Of a stretch of 64,000 bases of DNA, positions 51,404 through 64,000 are shown piece by piece. A program made the position numbers and the translations under genes. Origin of the DNA: Oikopleura dioica (taxonomy: Eukaryota > Animalia > Chordata). The notes beneath the pieces are model-generated. The model was not told the DNA's origin and made no database searches. It saw only the letters and a list, made by a program, of their open reading frames with translations. The stretch is taken from assembly GCA_907165135.1 (NCBI GenBank), contig OU015566.1, forward strand, positions 7,502,001 to 7,566,000, in the 5' to 3' direction. Position 1 is the first letter of the stretch. Every line of letters begins with the position of its first letter.

Positions 51404-52820
51404 ATGTCCACTGTCGAAGAGTTTCAACCCCTGAGAAGATTCTACAGGTAGCCCTTCAGAAAAAAAAACAAGCGATAGATCTTTCAAGGTCGAAATGGGC
51501 AGTTCCGAAAAGCACTTCGCTAAATTTCCAAGCTTATCGCGAAATACAAGAAATCTCTCGATTGCCCAAGTCCTTCACCGATGTTGACTTTTCAACGCTC
51601 GAACGGCAACAGACAAATGCAAGTCTGAAAGTCTCGTTTGCCGAAGAGTTGGAAGATCCGGACGATTTTAAATGCTGCGATCTCCAGGAACACAAAAAAG
51701 TCACCGGAAGGAGAAAGTTTCTTTATCAACTCAAGTTGACATTTGTCAAGCTTCGAGCTACCTTTGCAGATAAAAGTAAGGATTTGAAAGGGTTTGACAA
51801 GGTTTGAGATTATTTTTTAGCAAGAAAAGAGGAAATAATTTCTAATTTCAAACATCGACAAAGCATCGTTTCTCATATTTCAACAAATTTAAACATTGAC
51901 TCTGACGACAAAAAAGAGTAAGTCTAGTAGACAACCAAGTCTGTTTCTCCTTAAATTTATCTTATAAAGGATGAACGATATGTACGAGTGGGAGGACCAG
52001 TTTCAGGACTGCTATTCTCTTTCATAAAAATGTTATCAGGCTAATTATTCATTTTCCGACGATTTGTAGACATTTTTCTGGAAGCCTTCGAAAATCACAT
52101 TGAATTTTAAATATAGATTTTACGTAAATAAGGAAAGAATCAGACTTAGAATAACGCTGACGTCGGAGGAGACGACGAGTCGGAGACAGAGGATGAGGAA
52201 CAAGACGAGGCGGCTCTTCAGCCAACAACAGCTGATGATTTCAACAAGGTGAGCTGACCACAGAAAGTTTGATTTATTCGTCGGTAAGGGCAATATGGAT
52301 GACGAGGCGGAAATGGATGATGGAGGCGATGACCCGGACAACGAAGAAGAAGAAGAGGACCAAATGGCCGAAGTCGAAAGCGAGATCGAAGCGCTTCTCG
52401 AGATTCCAGTGCTGCTTTGCGGTGAGAAATCGTTGATAAAGTAGGGTCATGGAAAGAGTCTAGTAGACGAGGATTGTCATGCTCCTAATCCGGACGGCCT
52501 TAATAGCCAGGTTTGCGGCAATTAATTCTGTTTGATTCCAAGCTCGCGCTCTAGCAGAGTGGAGATGACTCGGATGATTTCTACGAAGCTTTAGCAATCG
52601 ATCAGCGAGGTTATAGTTTTTTTGTTGAATAAAAAGTAATTGCATGCCCTAACTTTAATCTTGGTTTAACAACGTCGATACTGTCTTTAGTTAGTTTGAT
52701 TAATCACTTTTTAGTTGGAATGGAGGAAGCAAGAGGTGATATTGGCATGAGTGCAACTGACGATGAAATGAGCGACGATGACTTTTCGTTTGATTCTGGC
52801 GATGATCGGCCCCCAAGTTG
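51404..52820 (+). CDS. Hypothetical protein(s): KVSF (RVxF-like) motif followed by highly acidic exons; one or two genes
   Basis: MSTVEEFQPLRRFYR|SKWAVPK...ASLKVSFAEELED; later exons GDDESETEDEEQDE, MDDEAEMDDGGDDPDNEEEEED and MSDDDFSFDSGDDRPPS*. Confidence 0.45.
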
Positions 52821-52909
52821 AACGAATTTTGTAATATTTTTCTGCGAATAAAATTATTTAATGAAGGAGTTTTTGAAATTGTCTTCTATGATCTCAATCG
52901 GCTCTATTT

Positions 52910-53926
52910 TCCCACCCAAAAACACCGATTTGGGAAACTTTGCAATAACATTTGTCAACAAGTCTCTTCAGATCACAGCTGCAACAACGTAACCGTGTTT
53001 ATAGACACTTGAGTTTCTGTACTCTAAAGAGGCACAATCGCAGAATCATTACAGGTGTCGATGCGCGTTTTCGACAACTTCACGTCAAGTCGCTCTTTCA
53101 TCTTTGGTTCCGGAAAGGAAGAAGAACAAGAATGGTTTGGAAGGCAAGATTCTATGAAATTTTTCTGTGAGTGAACTTCTTCGGTCGTTTCGATTTTGAA
53201 ATCAAAGTTGTAAAAAGTCAGCCGGATGCTATAACTCATAGTGTATCTTTGTTTATTCGAAAGGAAATCCTAGCGGTCACTTGGCGGGAAGCTCAAAGAA
53301 ATGGTCGGAATTATTAAAACGCGTGTTAACACACCTTGTGACATTTGCGGATGGAAGTTTTCGGGAATGAAAATTCTCGAACTTTGTCCAGGTGCACCTT
53401 TAATCGCGCCAGTGATTGAGCTCGCTCTTTGCGCATCCATCAAGCTCATCCGAGCGAGTTCTCAGCATTTAAATCGTCGAAGAAATGAGTATTTGGCTGT
53501 TGAAAAATAGCTTATGAACTCATGATGTTCCGGAAATGGCAAGGAGTCTTGTTGGTGGTCCGTTTGAAGACGTAATGAAGGCAGTTTAGTACTAAAAGGC
53601 TCGTATCTTTCTTCTTTGGGCGAATTGACGATTAGCAGCTGCGGATGTAGCAGTGCCATAACCACTGACGGTGGAAGCAATAAACCACCTGTTAGCTTCA
53701 TTAAATCAACCATACTAATTAATCTAGACCTCGCTTATGCTCAATTTATGAGCAGAAAGCAGACCATCCGCCGCCAAAAGAGAACCATTATCGTGATCTC
53801 GTGAGTGTCTTTTGATTGTCCTCCATGATTTCATTTGAAAATCGAATCATTTTATATCGTAAAAAGCGTAAAATCGATGGCCAAAGATGAGAGAATCCAT
53901 TCCACTGGGCTCAAAACATCGTCCAT
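52910..53926 (-). CDS. Hypothetical multi-exon protein
   Basis: GC-balanced minus-strand segments with splice-like boundaries (e.g. WFIASTVSGYGTATSAAANRQF, ELARMSLMDAQRASSITGAIKG). Structure unresolved. Confidence 0.3.
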
Positions 53927-55017
53927 CTGTAACTATAAAACCGCTCATAAACGCTCATAAATGCTGAAAATTCGACCTTGAGGTAAGCTTGTCCCGCGGC
54001 TTAATTGACAAATACGGGACATTACTCGCCCCAGGCAACATCAAACGGCGATTATGTTTACTCGCTGCCAACTCTTGGTTGTTTTACTTTTGCGCGTTAT
54101 TTTACAAATGACTTTGGCTTAGCTTGAGGATTTGGGAAGAAGAGGCAATTTCCACGATGCCAAAACCAGCTTTGTGACAGATTTGAGCACTATGCAATCG
54201 ACGGAGATGCACCTGCCTGTGTTCAAAGAGCTAACTGCCTCGATTGTCAAAATGTTATTTTCAAAGTTCCAAAACAGTTGAAATTTTCACGCGAACTGGG
54301 TAAATTACGTCTCGAGGAGGGTAGCTTTGGAAGACCCATTCTTCGCATAATGAAATTTTCATCGTTGATCTCCATTTCGTTGACCCCACTCATCGTTGTT
54401 TTCAATTATGAAATTTCGATTCCTATCAGTACAAACTGTTAGTTCGCCCTTATGTCATCGTTCCCTGGTGACTTTAGATACAGTTACTAACCGCGGTACT
54501 AGAAGATGGATTTCCGGTTATCTCGTTTGGTTAGATAAGGGAATCATGTTTGAGCTTTCAGATGCTATCGGCCCGCGCTGAGCACTGTAAGTTGGGCGCA
54601 TTTATCGCACTTGATAGTGTTTCTTTGTTATCAAAACGTCATTCTATCGTGGTAATCTCTGATCGCCCACGAAAATGTTTAAACAGACTTATGCTCTTTA
54701 TCGGCTTCAATGCCAAAAGAGACCGAGATGGCGACCCCGGAGCTAAAACAGATTCAGCATTATTCCAACTCGGAAATTTGCTGAAATACTGTCTACAATT
54801 TGTTGTACCCATTGATTTTTCATTTATACAATTATCTCAAAGTGCTTTTATTCAATTTGGGAGCAATCAATTATCGTTAACTTCATTAAAATAATCTCGC
54901 CTTGTGAGTTCAATTATCGATAAAGGACAATCAAATGAGCTCGAGCGTAAAAATCAAGGTCCTTTCCACGTGTTCCTTATCGCTTCGCTTAATTAAAAAT
55001 ATACAGTAGTGACCTTG

Positions 55018-57210
55018 ATGATTTTCGAAAAATTTTTCAGGCCGAAAAATCACTTTTAAACTGTTAGTGCCATCTTCTCCGCCGTAAAAATTCGAGTCGA
55101 CTCATATAGGTTTGGGTCGGTAATTCTAGAGTTTTAGGTACTTCCGGTCGATTTCAAAAAAACGTAATTCCGCTGCCGTTTTTGATACAGTAATGCAATA
55201 TAGGCATGCTATATATCAAAATGATCCTCATGAAACGAGGAATGTAGGGGTACCAAAAAAGTACCTTACTATAGTAAAGTACCAAAAAATTTTTTTCATT
55301 TTTTCAATTTTGTATCATGATTTAATCATGATGATTTTAAAAAATTTGTTGGTACAAATACTGTATTGGTCAGATTTACAGCCAATCAGAAAGCCTGATC
55401 AATTTTGAGTCGATTCGACAAAATCGTATTCGTTATTTTCTAGAGAATGACGTCAAAAATGACGTCAGATGGTTTCAAAGAGCTGAAACTTTTACGTTTT
55501 AACGGTTAAGGACCCCCATCAAGAATCGTGAAAATTTGGTTCAGTGAACATTTTTCTCAAAAACTATCTGAGGTAAACCCTTACTTTCAATTGCTACTTT
55601 TAGATCAAGCCCTGGCCTGCAACCTTTCCCCTTCTAATTATCTCTCGATATCAAACTTAAGGTTATACAGGCCCTTAAAAGTAAGGTTGCTTAGTGCAGG
55701 TTTTTGGGTTTTTAGTTGGGGTATTCCCTTAATTTTTAATTTTTCAGCATAAAGTTAAGGCCATAAGCAACGACCGTTCCCTTTTAAGAGTTTATTGTCC
55801 ACAGACTTAAGGATATAGCCTTGAATATTGAACTTTCGTAGCGCCGAATCCCTGTTACGAATTTATTCATTTTCAAAGAAACCCTACCTAAAATCCAGCG
55901 TAGATTTCGAAAATTCCCTTATTTTTAGTACTTTCTATAGTGTTTATACCTAAAAATCGACTTCAAAATAAAACAGACCATTGTTCTCTGAAAATTCCCA
56001 TTAAAAGGTAAATCTGGATTGATGATATGAAAGATTGAAGCCTTCTCTCCAATCTAGCGGAGGATTTTGTAAAAATATTTAAAATTACGGCTTCTAGTAA
56101 CTGGTTTATGATTGTACTTCGAAATGAAGAGTGGCGCGCGCAGCCAATTAGAGCGAGGGAAAATCTCACTCAGCCCATCGCTCATCCTATTTTACACGAG
56201 AAATTTTGTCGACAGCTTGGACGAAATCTAACTAGGATTCTCCCCTCGCTCTAATTGGCTGCACGCGCCACTCTCCATTTCGAAGTACAATCATAAACCA
56301 GTTACTAGAAGCCGTAATTTTTAATATTTTTACAAAATCCTCCGCTAGATTAGAGAGAAGGCTTCAATCTTTCATATCATCAATCAGATTTACCTTTTAA
56401 TGGGAATTTTCAGAGAACAATGGTCTGTTTTATTTCGAAGTCGATTTTTAGGTATAAACACTACAGAAAGTACTAAAAATAAGGGAATTTTCGAAATCTA
56501 CGCTAGATTTTAGGTAGGGTTCCTTTGAAAAATGAAAGAATTCGTAACAGGGATTCGGCGCTACGAAAGTTCAATATTCAAGGCTATATCCTTAAGGAGG
56601 ACGGCTCCTTAAATATTTTATCAGCCAAATTAAAGGCAAATTTCTATATTTTTATTTTCAATTTATTAAAATTATAATAAAAAAGAGCAAACCAAAGTTT
56701 TTAATGAAAAAATATGCAAATTTCCAATTTTATTATTTAGGTACCTCGATTATTGTCTTGATAGGGCGCACATGCACGTTAAGTACCTCTGCAGATCATG
56801 CACCTGTGATTTTAAAAAATGGCCGGAAGTGGGAGAAAAGATTTTTTAATAAATTTATCGAACAAAATAATAAATTCAAGCAGGAACGCTGTGAGAATTA
56901 ATCAAAATGAAAAACTTTAAAATGAAAAAAAAATTTTTTTGGTACTTTTCTTAACTTAAGTACCTTTTTTTGGTACCCCTACATTCCTTGTTTCATGAGG
57001 ATCATTTTGATATATTACATGCCTTTACAGCATAACTGTATCAAAAACGGCAGCGGAATTACGTTTTTTTTTTAAATCGACCGGAAGTACCTAAAACTCT
57101 AGAATTACCGACCCGAACCTATATGAGTCGACTCGAATTTTTACGGCGGAGAAGATGGCACTAACAGTTAAAAAGTGATTTTTCGGCCTGAAAAATTTTT
57201 CGAAAATCAT
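55018..57210. mobile_element. Outer non-autonomous DNA transposon with about 290-bp terminal inverted repeats
   Basis: ATGATTTTCGAAAAATTTTTCAGGCCGAAAAATCAC...GGGGTACCAAAAAA (55018 to about 55305) is the near-perfect reverse complement of about 56918-57210. Flanked by the direct repeat CCTTG (55013-55017, 57211-57215). Confidence 0.9.
55811..56591. mobile_element. Inner near-fully palindromic MITE with TTAA TSD and GG...CC ends (Kolobok-type), nested in the outer element
   Basis: ttaa|GGATATAGCCTTGAATATTGAAC...GCAGCCAATTAGAGCGAGGG (55811 to about 56165) vs CCCTCGCTCTAATTGGCTGC...TCAAGGCTATATCC|ttaa (about 56240-56591): arms of about 350 bp around a spacer of about 75 bp. Confidence 0.93.
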
Positions 57211-58545
57211 CCTTGAAGGTTGAAAACAGACAGCTCATGAGCATCCTTACGAGTCAGAAAGAAGTTGTAAATTTTTGCAACTGGCATCCGGCATCGTTTG
57301 ACACCTCTTTGCAGCGTTAAACGCACAATATATCCGAACAAGCTTATCTCCTATCGAAGATGCATTTAGTCAAAGTTCAAGTAATAATTTCACAAAGAAA
57401 AATATGTTCCAAAATGTTCCGTGGGCTCAAAAACAGCCACAGATCACGATTCTTTGTCACGATTTTTGACACTTTATTACCCATTTGTCGATAAGTAAGT
57501 GAGCATTTACGTAGTCGTCGTGAGGAGGTAATTCTTATGGCAGGTATTAAAGCACGTTGTAAATCGCCGAGTAAAATTTCGCGAAAAATGTCAGCGGCGG
57601 AAATCGGCGGAAGTGTAAAAGCGGATTAGCACGTGCGCCAACTTTCCTCAAAAGTCGCTAAAAACGCTGTAAAAGGAGCGATAGGGTTAGGAGCGGGCCT
57701 GGGCTGGAGCTCAGGCGAGATTTTGATAGTTTATGAAGGTCACTGTGACTCGGTATGCGGAAGTATTACTGTCATTTCGGAGGAAAAACGACTCCGATGA
57801 TCGGAGTCCGATCGAGCTCATTTTATTTCAAACTGGAGTCAGCCTGCATGCTTTGCGGTCTTATGATAGTAATACATGCTAAAAAGACAAGCGGCATATA
57901 ATTTTCATTGAACCCTGATTGGGAATAATGGGCAATTAAGCGAAGGCACTTGTTCATCAAGATGATAATGCACGGTTTTGACGCGAAATGGACAGCTTCG
58001 TTTGCTGCTTTGCATCAGATGGAAGGAGGCAATAAGCGATTTTGGTGATTTGGCTGGGGAAACGGTTAACAGTAATCCTAACAGTTAGTATCTACACACA
58101 AGGTGCAAAGTCTTTGACGGAAGTGCTTGATTTAGGAGCTGTCAGCTTTTCAGCTTTAATCAGAGACATTAAACGATCGTCTCGTTTTCTCTACCCACCG
58201 CGCTGCCACTTGCCACTTGTACCCTTATTACTCTGCCAAGGTGCTATAATTCATGTTACTTTTTTCTGTTCCTGCTCGGGCTAAAAATGTTTTCCTTTTT
58301 TTCAACAATATATATTTTTTTTATTCTCGGACAAAATCATTATATACAGAAGTAACAATCGCCAATTTTATACAGTAATGAATAAATACACAACAGTTAG
58401 TTTTAGACAGTAGATACCGACAGGCCTGGAATACTGTATCAGAGTGACTGTTAGTGTAAGATACAAGTGGAAAATTTTGATGAAGGAAAAATATATATTA
58501 CAGTGTTTTTTGATAACAAGTTCTGTAGTTGTTGTTTATATGTTT

Positions 58546-61500
58546 TCAAGCAGCAGTTTGAGGAATAATTGAAACTTCTGCTTTTTGAAGATCAGGTGCT
58601 TTAGTCGTTTGTTCGATAGGTTCAGGAATTGGCTCAGAGGTGCTACCAGAGCCGTCGCTCTTCACTGGTGAAATGGCACTCGATTCGGACTTGTTGACGT
58701 TTGAGCTTGGATCGCTAGAGCTAGAATATGCCTCGTCGATTTCTTCCTCTTCGCAGCTCGACTCCGATTTTCCCTCGAGATCTTCTGGGTTCAGTTTTGA
58801 TCGGTTCTGTTTCTTCCACTTCATTCGTCGATTTTGATACCAGGTCTTGACTTGAAGCTGGGTCAGACCGAGCTCTGCAGCGAGGCCGACCCGGTCGGAA
58901 GTAGAGAGGTACTTTTTCGTGTCGAATTCGCGCTCAAGTCGAAGAAGCTGACCTTCTGTAAAAACCTGAAAGAAACGGTCAATATCAAGTCTATTCGGTT
59001 CTAGAGTTCAGCATGAGAGGGCGTTTTTATTCGCGTATTTTACAAAATAAGATCACACCAACAAATGGCTATTTATTTTTAAATTATGATTATTGCCAAT
59101 TTAATTAACTAAATCGCAGCTGCTGCGGGAGAAAGGGCACCACTCACTTTAAAAATACTCGTTTGGTTTTATGAGCGCGGGACTGGTAATCGAGAAATTG
59201 TCGTCGATTATCTTGTACCATTTTGGTTAACGACTCGATAGATTACGAGCCAGCCTTGCTACTAAGTACTCGCTCTAATCACCATTACGCGCAAAAATAG
59301 CGAACACAAATCCTACCCAATGATTAATTACGCCCGCCGAGATATTTTAGGGCGATGAGTTTTCAAGGGACAGTGCATAATTCCCCCTCAAAACGACCAG
59401 ATGTCCAGAATATTCCACAAAGTCTACTCCCGCGACAATAATGCCCTATCAATTGATGTGGCTGTATTTGCCTTTGCAAGATTACTGTAAATCCGTCCGC
59501 TTCAATTTCGACTTTCGTGTAAATAACTTTCACGAAATTCGAAGCTTTCATAAAGCAACTGCATCTTCTGGATAGCGTCTTCCCCGTCGTTCGTGGCGCC
59601 CGGCTGGCTCCGCGCGGGGGAAATTCTGGTGGTGCTGCTAATGCCAGAACTGTGACATCTTTTTGTCCAAATCTGTTTGGCTCAATGTCACTAAAGTTTC
59701 TAATTGAGCAGATCCGGAATTTTCAGCAATGCGAAAATTTGTACTTAGCTACGATCAAAAAAGGTCATTCCTGTCAACTTATCGGTAGTAGCAAGTCGCT
59801 TTTAAGGTTAGCGGAAGCAACTCCTCAGATTCGAAAATTAGTAATGATTGCTACAGCAGCTTATCCACTACTTTCCGCTTGAACTTTTCTGTTCTTACTT
59901 TCCGGCTCAAGTGGATTTTCCTTGAGGAACTTTAACAATCCTTAATTGTTAAAAAAGGTAGAGCGTGTTTGATCTATCGATCTTTTAGGCGGATATGCCG
60001 CCTAATGTAAAGCTCCTTGAGGGGGTATACAAGTCGCGAAGGAGTATTTACCCACTTATTGCTTCGAGTTGGGAAATTTTCAATCAAAAAGACTTTTCTC
60101 GCCGGAAAGTGCCCAAAATCAGACATGAGTGGCGCCTTTGAGGCAACAGGGGCTCATCCAGGCGAGCCACAATGGATTAAGATACTTTTGAGCAAAGTAA
60201 TCCTAATTAAATTTGGCGCCTTGATTACTTATCAAACTAACTCTTGGCGGAACTACAAAATATCGATCTAAATTTACTTCAAATTTGATTTTAATTTTGT
60301 TTCATTTTCAGCAAAAAAGATTCGCCCCAAGTATAAACGTTCGCGTAATATCAGAACTACATAAAACGTCATCTAATCTGCGGTCAAAGTGCGTGCCTCA
60401 ATCCGGTTGATGTTAGGGCACGCAGAAAGAGATCAATCGCGCCGAAATGGATTTGGGAATAATCGTAGAAACAACAGCTCAAACCCGATTAATTCCATTA
60501 TTTCTCGATTAAGGTGCCCGCCCCGGGGGCTTTCAATATCAAAATCCCACGATTTTCCAAGCTCTAAGTAAAACCAGCTGGGAATAACTATCCCGTGCGC
60601 TTCTCTTCGAAAAGAGGCTATCAAACATTACGTGTACTAAATTTCCAAAGATCAAAGCCCTGTTGTAAAAGTTCACTAGCACTGCTTTGGATACCCTTAC
60701 TTTAGTAACTTTTTATATCCTCGTGGTCGGGAGCACTTTCAGTTTTACGGCTGCGAATTCAAATCGGCATAAAATTGACATTTGCAGCACCTGTGATTAT
60801 GGCAAATTTCGAATTATAGCTCGGATTAGCGTGTTTACGTCATTTTCTAGCTATTGCAATGTTACTAATAGTCTATCAAATAAGCGTTAGTTAAACTTGC
60901 GAAAGGCCTATGAAAACGGAAGTAGATTCCCGCTCAAGTACACAAAAAAACAATGATGGGCAAAAATTATCTTATTTAGAAAAAACAGGAAAGGACTCAT
61001 TTATTTTAACTCCTTCTTACCGTTCGGGAGCGGCGACACTTGCGCACACGGTGGTCCAAATGCATCCGCCACAGTGGGTTAAGACCATACGGGAACATGC
61101 CGAACGGGGACAAGCCTAAAAGACAAATATTAAATAAAGAAGAAACATTACAATTTTGATAGCCTGGGGCTGACAAAGAGGGCACCCGCCGGAAGGAGTT
61201 ACCCACCGCGACTTGTGTATTCCGGCTGAGCTAATCCTCCCAGAGCTATTAGCATTCGCCCATCGATCCTGCATAAAAATAAGGGGATGAAAACGATTCC
61301 CAGACGAAATTTGGGCATAGAACAAACAAGTTAACCCGTTTGAAATTCAAATATGATCATATTTCTTTCCCCTAATAGGAAACAAAAAAGTATTGCCAAA
61401 ATATAATGTTCTAATTATGTTGCCAATTAAAGCCTGCTTGGGATATTGAACCCGTCAAGAAGCTGTCAAATGCACAATAGAATGTTACCTGGATTGAGTG

Positions 61501-62024
61501 TCGCTGGCGGGACGAGGCCGGGTACTCGCGGAGCCAAGCCTCGATTCATCGAATGCAACAGGGCAGCGTTGGTGAGCGCGATGTTGTTGCTGAGGGCAGC
61601 GGCCTGGGCCTGGGCGATGGTTTGTTGGGCATGGTGCTCGGTGATGGCTAGGAAAGGAGTGTAACTAGAGAAATAATGGAAAGCGGAAGTACCGTTCAGA
61701 CGGGCTTGGCTGGAGAGGATGTCTTCTATCATGAAACTGCTCGATCTGGAAGGACGAGCTTTCTTGCTTTCTTTTTCTTGAGCTCGACAACTATTCTAGG
61801 GACATGATTTCACTTCGGTTATAGTTTCGTTTGATGTCCGATATTTAAAAACATAAAATAAAGACACTCAAGTGCCATTAAAGTCCCTATTTTCGCATTT
61901 TTATAAGGTCAAAAATGACAGCTTCTATTCAACACAACTGATTATATCGTCTATTTTGTCGAACTTTGCCTGGGCAGGAAGAAGTGGACGATGCGGATTG
62001 AACTTCACTTTCGATGGTAGCCAT
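58546..62024 (-). CDS. BARX: BarX homeobox transcription factor with eh1 motif
   Basis: eh1 [10 protein letters not shown] (about 61712-61741). Homeodomain RKCRRSRT|[53 protein letters not shown], split by an intron of about 2 kb (58966-61018); WYQN and QLQVKTW...MKWKK are BarX signatures. First exon approximate. Confidence 0.9.
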
Positions 62025-62742
62025 TCTTGGTCTTCGGGTACTCTTCGTTGATTCCCGGTGAAAACCTCTTTCTTGATTTTTTGAAGAATCGGGGGTTTGA
62101 AGGCAAACAGCTATCTTTTGGGAAAAAAAGAAGATGTGTTTTTAATTATTGGTATAAGTTTCTGGCGCACAAGGCAATCAGGGAAGACGAAGAGGGAATC
62201 GTCCAATGCGCCTCGCCCGAGTCTCAGCAGCGCCGGAGTGTGTTCGCCAGCGAGCGCCGCGGAGAGACCCCCAAAAACAATGATGGCGAGAAATTGAAAG
62301 AACTTGAATTATCGTAGTTTTGAATGTTTATTAGAAGCTTTTCACTCTTTCGATTATTATCAGCAGGTTTCCTAAAATTTAAAAGAAAGAAAAAAAGAGT
62401 CTAACTTAGCAAAAGCGTTTTGAAGACTGACTGTCACAGTACAGACTGTAACCACTGTGGTTACAACGTCGAGTCGTGTTGAGGAACTTTAATTATCATT
62501 AATTATTGCTTATAAATTATAAGTTATAATCAAAAACTTTTAGTTACAAAATTTGGCCGATTTCCGGCATATTCGGATAAAGACAGACATTCGAATCGGA
62601 ATTACAGTTGAGTTATTTCAGGTGCTTAATCAGTTATTTTGAGAAGTACCAATTAAAACTTACATAATCACTTAGATTGCCAAAGATTTTAATTGAAGCT
62701 TAAAATAATCCGGTTCAATTTATATCGTCAGACACTCGCAGT

Positions 62743-63055
62743 CAGGGTTCGGTAATTTGAGCTCAAGCTAAAACTCATTTTGGCTAGACGCTCAAATTTC
62801 CTCAAATTGAGAACTCAAAGTGACTTGAGAAATCATTTTGAGAAGATTTGAGATTTTGAGTTTTTGGGAGATTTGAGAGTTTTGAGTTTTCAAAACTCAA
62901 ATTAAGCGAGCGCTTCCTTGATTGGCTCATGGATCGCCAGAATTGATTTCTCACGTGAGCTCTCATCTCTGAGTTCTCAAAACTCAAATTAAAAAACGTG
63001 AGTCTCAAGCTTTGTTTCCTTGAGTTTTAGCGTGAGCTCAAATTACCGAACCCTG
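62743..63055. mobile_element. hAT-type MITE with 8-bp target-site duplication
   Basis: CTCGCAGT|CAGGGTTCGGTAATTTGAGCTCA...TGAGCTCAAATTACCGAACCCTG|CTCGCAGT: perfect 23-bp TIR and perfect 8-bp TSD, with many internal TGAG/CTCA motifs. Confidence 0.95.
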
Positions 63056-64000
63056 CTCGCAGTTAGAATTCTTCTATTTTATTTGGATCTCAAGATGAAT
63101 ATAGGAATGTTCTTTGAATGAGCGAGTTCTTTCTGAAAGAATTTACGATTGCTGAAAACAATTTTCCTAAATGTTAAAATGATAATGCCGTCATGCGATG
63201 TCATTTGATGATCTCCGGGCACCTGAAAGTTGTTAATAATTGTCGCTAATACGAGATTTACGCGCCAGGGTTGTACCATTTGCACATCTGACTCGCCACT
63301 GCTCAGTATTAGAAAATCGTCAAGAATTGCCGAGCTCAGCTATTTCCGCTTTAATAGCTAAAATGAAAGCTTAGTTAATTGAATAAATATAAAATTTAAT
63401 GAACTCCTTTCCTGTCCAACTTATTAATAAAAACATTAACTGATGTATTGGCAATTTAATATCGTAAATGAAAGGTAACAAAATAATGGTATTATTAATA
63501 ATAACGATTTAGTATTCATGGGATCTCAGGCCCTTCATTTCAGGATTTTATTTTAATAACATTTCAAATAAAGCTCCTGGAGAGTAATTCCTGAGAACCG
63601 GTTCGCGTGTTCCCAAACGATTCCGTCCTTAGAACAGTGTAATTCCAGCGATATAAAGCTTTAGGGGGCTTATGCTCGAGTTTGGGTTCGGATCATAACT
63701 GTCAGCGCGCGGCGCCTTGGGCACACGCGCGTTCGGGATCTTCATCTTCAAAAAGTGTTTTTGTTTGTCGTGAACTTGGCGCAAGTTCCACCGCTGAATC
63801 CGGCCATAAATCATTCAAGAAACTGTTAGTTTGTTATCCAAAACTTATTTGCATTATTTGAAGATACACTCTTAGAAATGCGCGCGTTTCTCCAAGATTG
63901 TCTAAGCTCGATAGAAGCGATTCAATCAGTCAAAAAGTTCTATCAGAAGCGTGACAGAAGTAAGCCAAGGTACTCCCCTTATTCGATAGCTACTGTCATT

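Noticed and set aside
62743-63055. Repeated TGAG/CTCAAA units as a CRISPR-like array
   Set aside because: Eukaryotic context; repeats are irregular and enclosed by TIR and TSD, i.e. MITE subterminal motifs.
63629-63910. Possible terminal exons of a minus-strand gene entering from beyond the window
   Set aside because: Short and unrecognisable; cannot be distinguished from non-coding DNA here.

Overview
A compact, gene-dense (about 24 genes in 64 kb) eukaryotic window. Introns are very short (mostly 35-60 nt), GA/GG/GC splice donors are frequent, same-strand genes are tightly spaced and the proteins look chordate-type. Together these point to a larvacean tunicate (Oikopleura dioica-like); this is an inference. 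Recognisable genes are NRDE2, Scribble, CLIC, a caspase, a glutaminase-fold protein, an SLC25A29/45/48-type carrier, a RING protein, a C2H2 zinc-finger factor, HMBS, a secreted ShK-Kunitz-trefoil protein, PSKH1, RAD54L2, BTBD7, an F-box protein and a BarX homeobox gene. There are also several non-autonomous DNA transposons, including a nested palindromic cluster at 55.0-57.2 kb. The most striking observations are: (1) a minus-strand gene encoding an apparently active caspase (CHG/NACRG) spliced in frame to a second, catalytically dead caspase domain, lying just downstream of (2) a glutaminase homologue that has lost its catalytic residues; (3) an F-box protein with a plant/fungal-type PP2 (Nictaba) lectin domain; (4) a candidate neuropeptide precursor; (5) a one-PDZ Scribble and an RS-tailed NRDE2; (6) an antisense ORF filling a BTBD7 intron. 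All exon structures were assembled by eye and comparisons to human proteins are from memory, so boundaries and alignments need computational confirmation.
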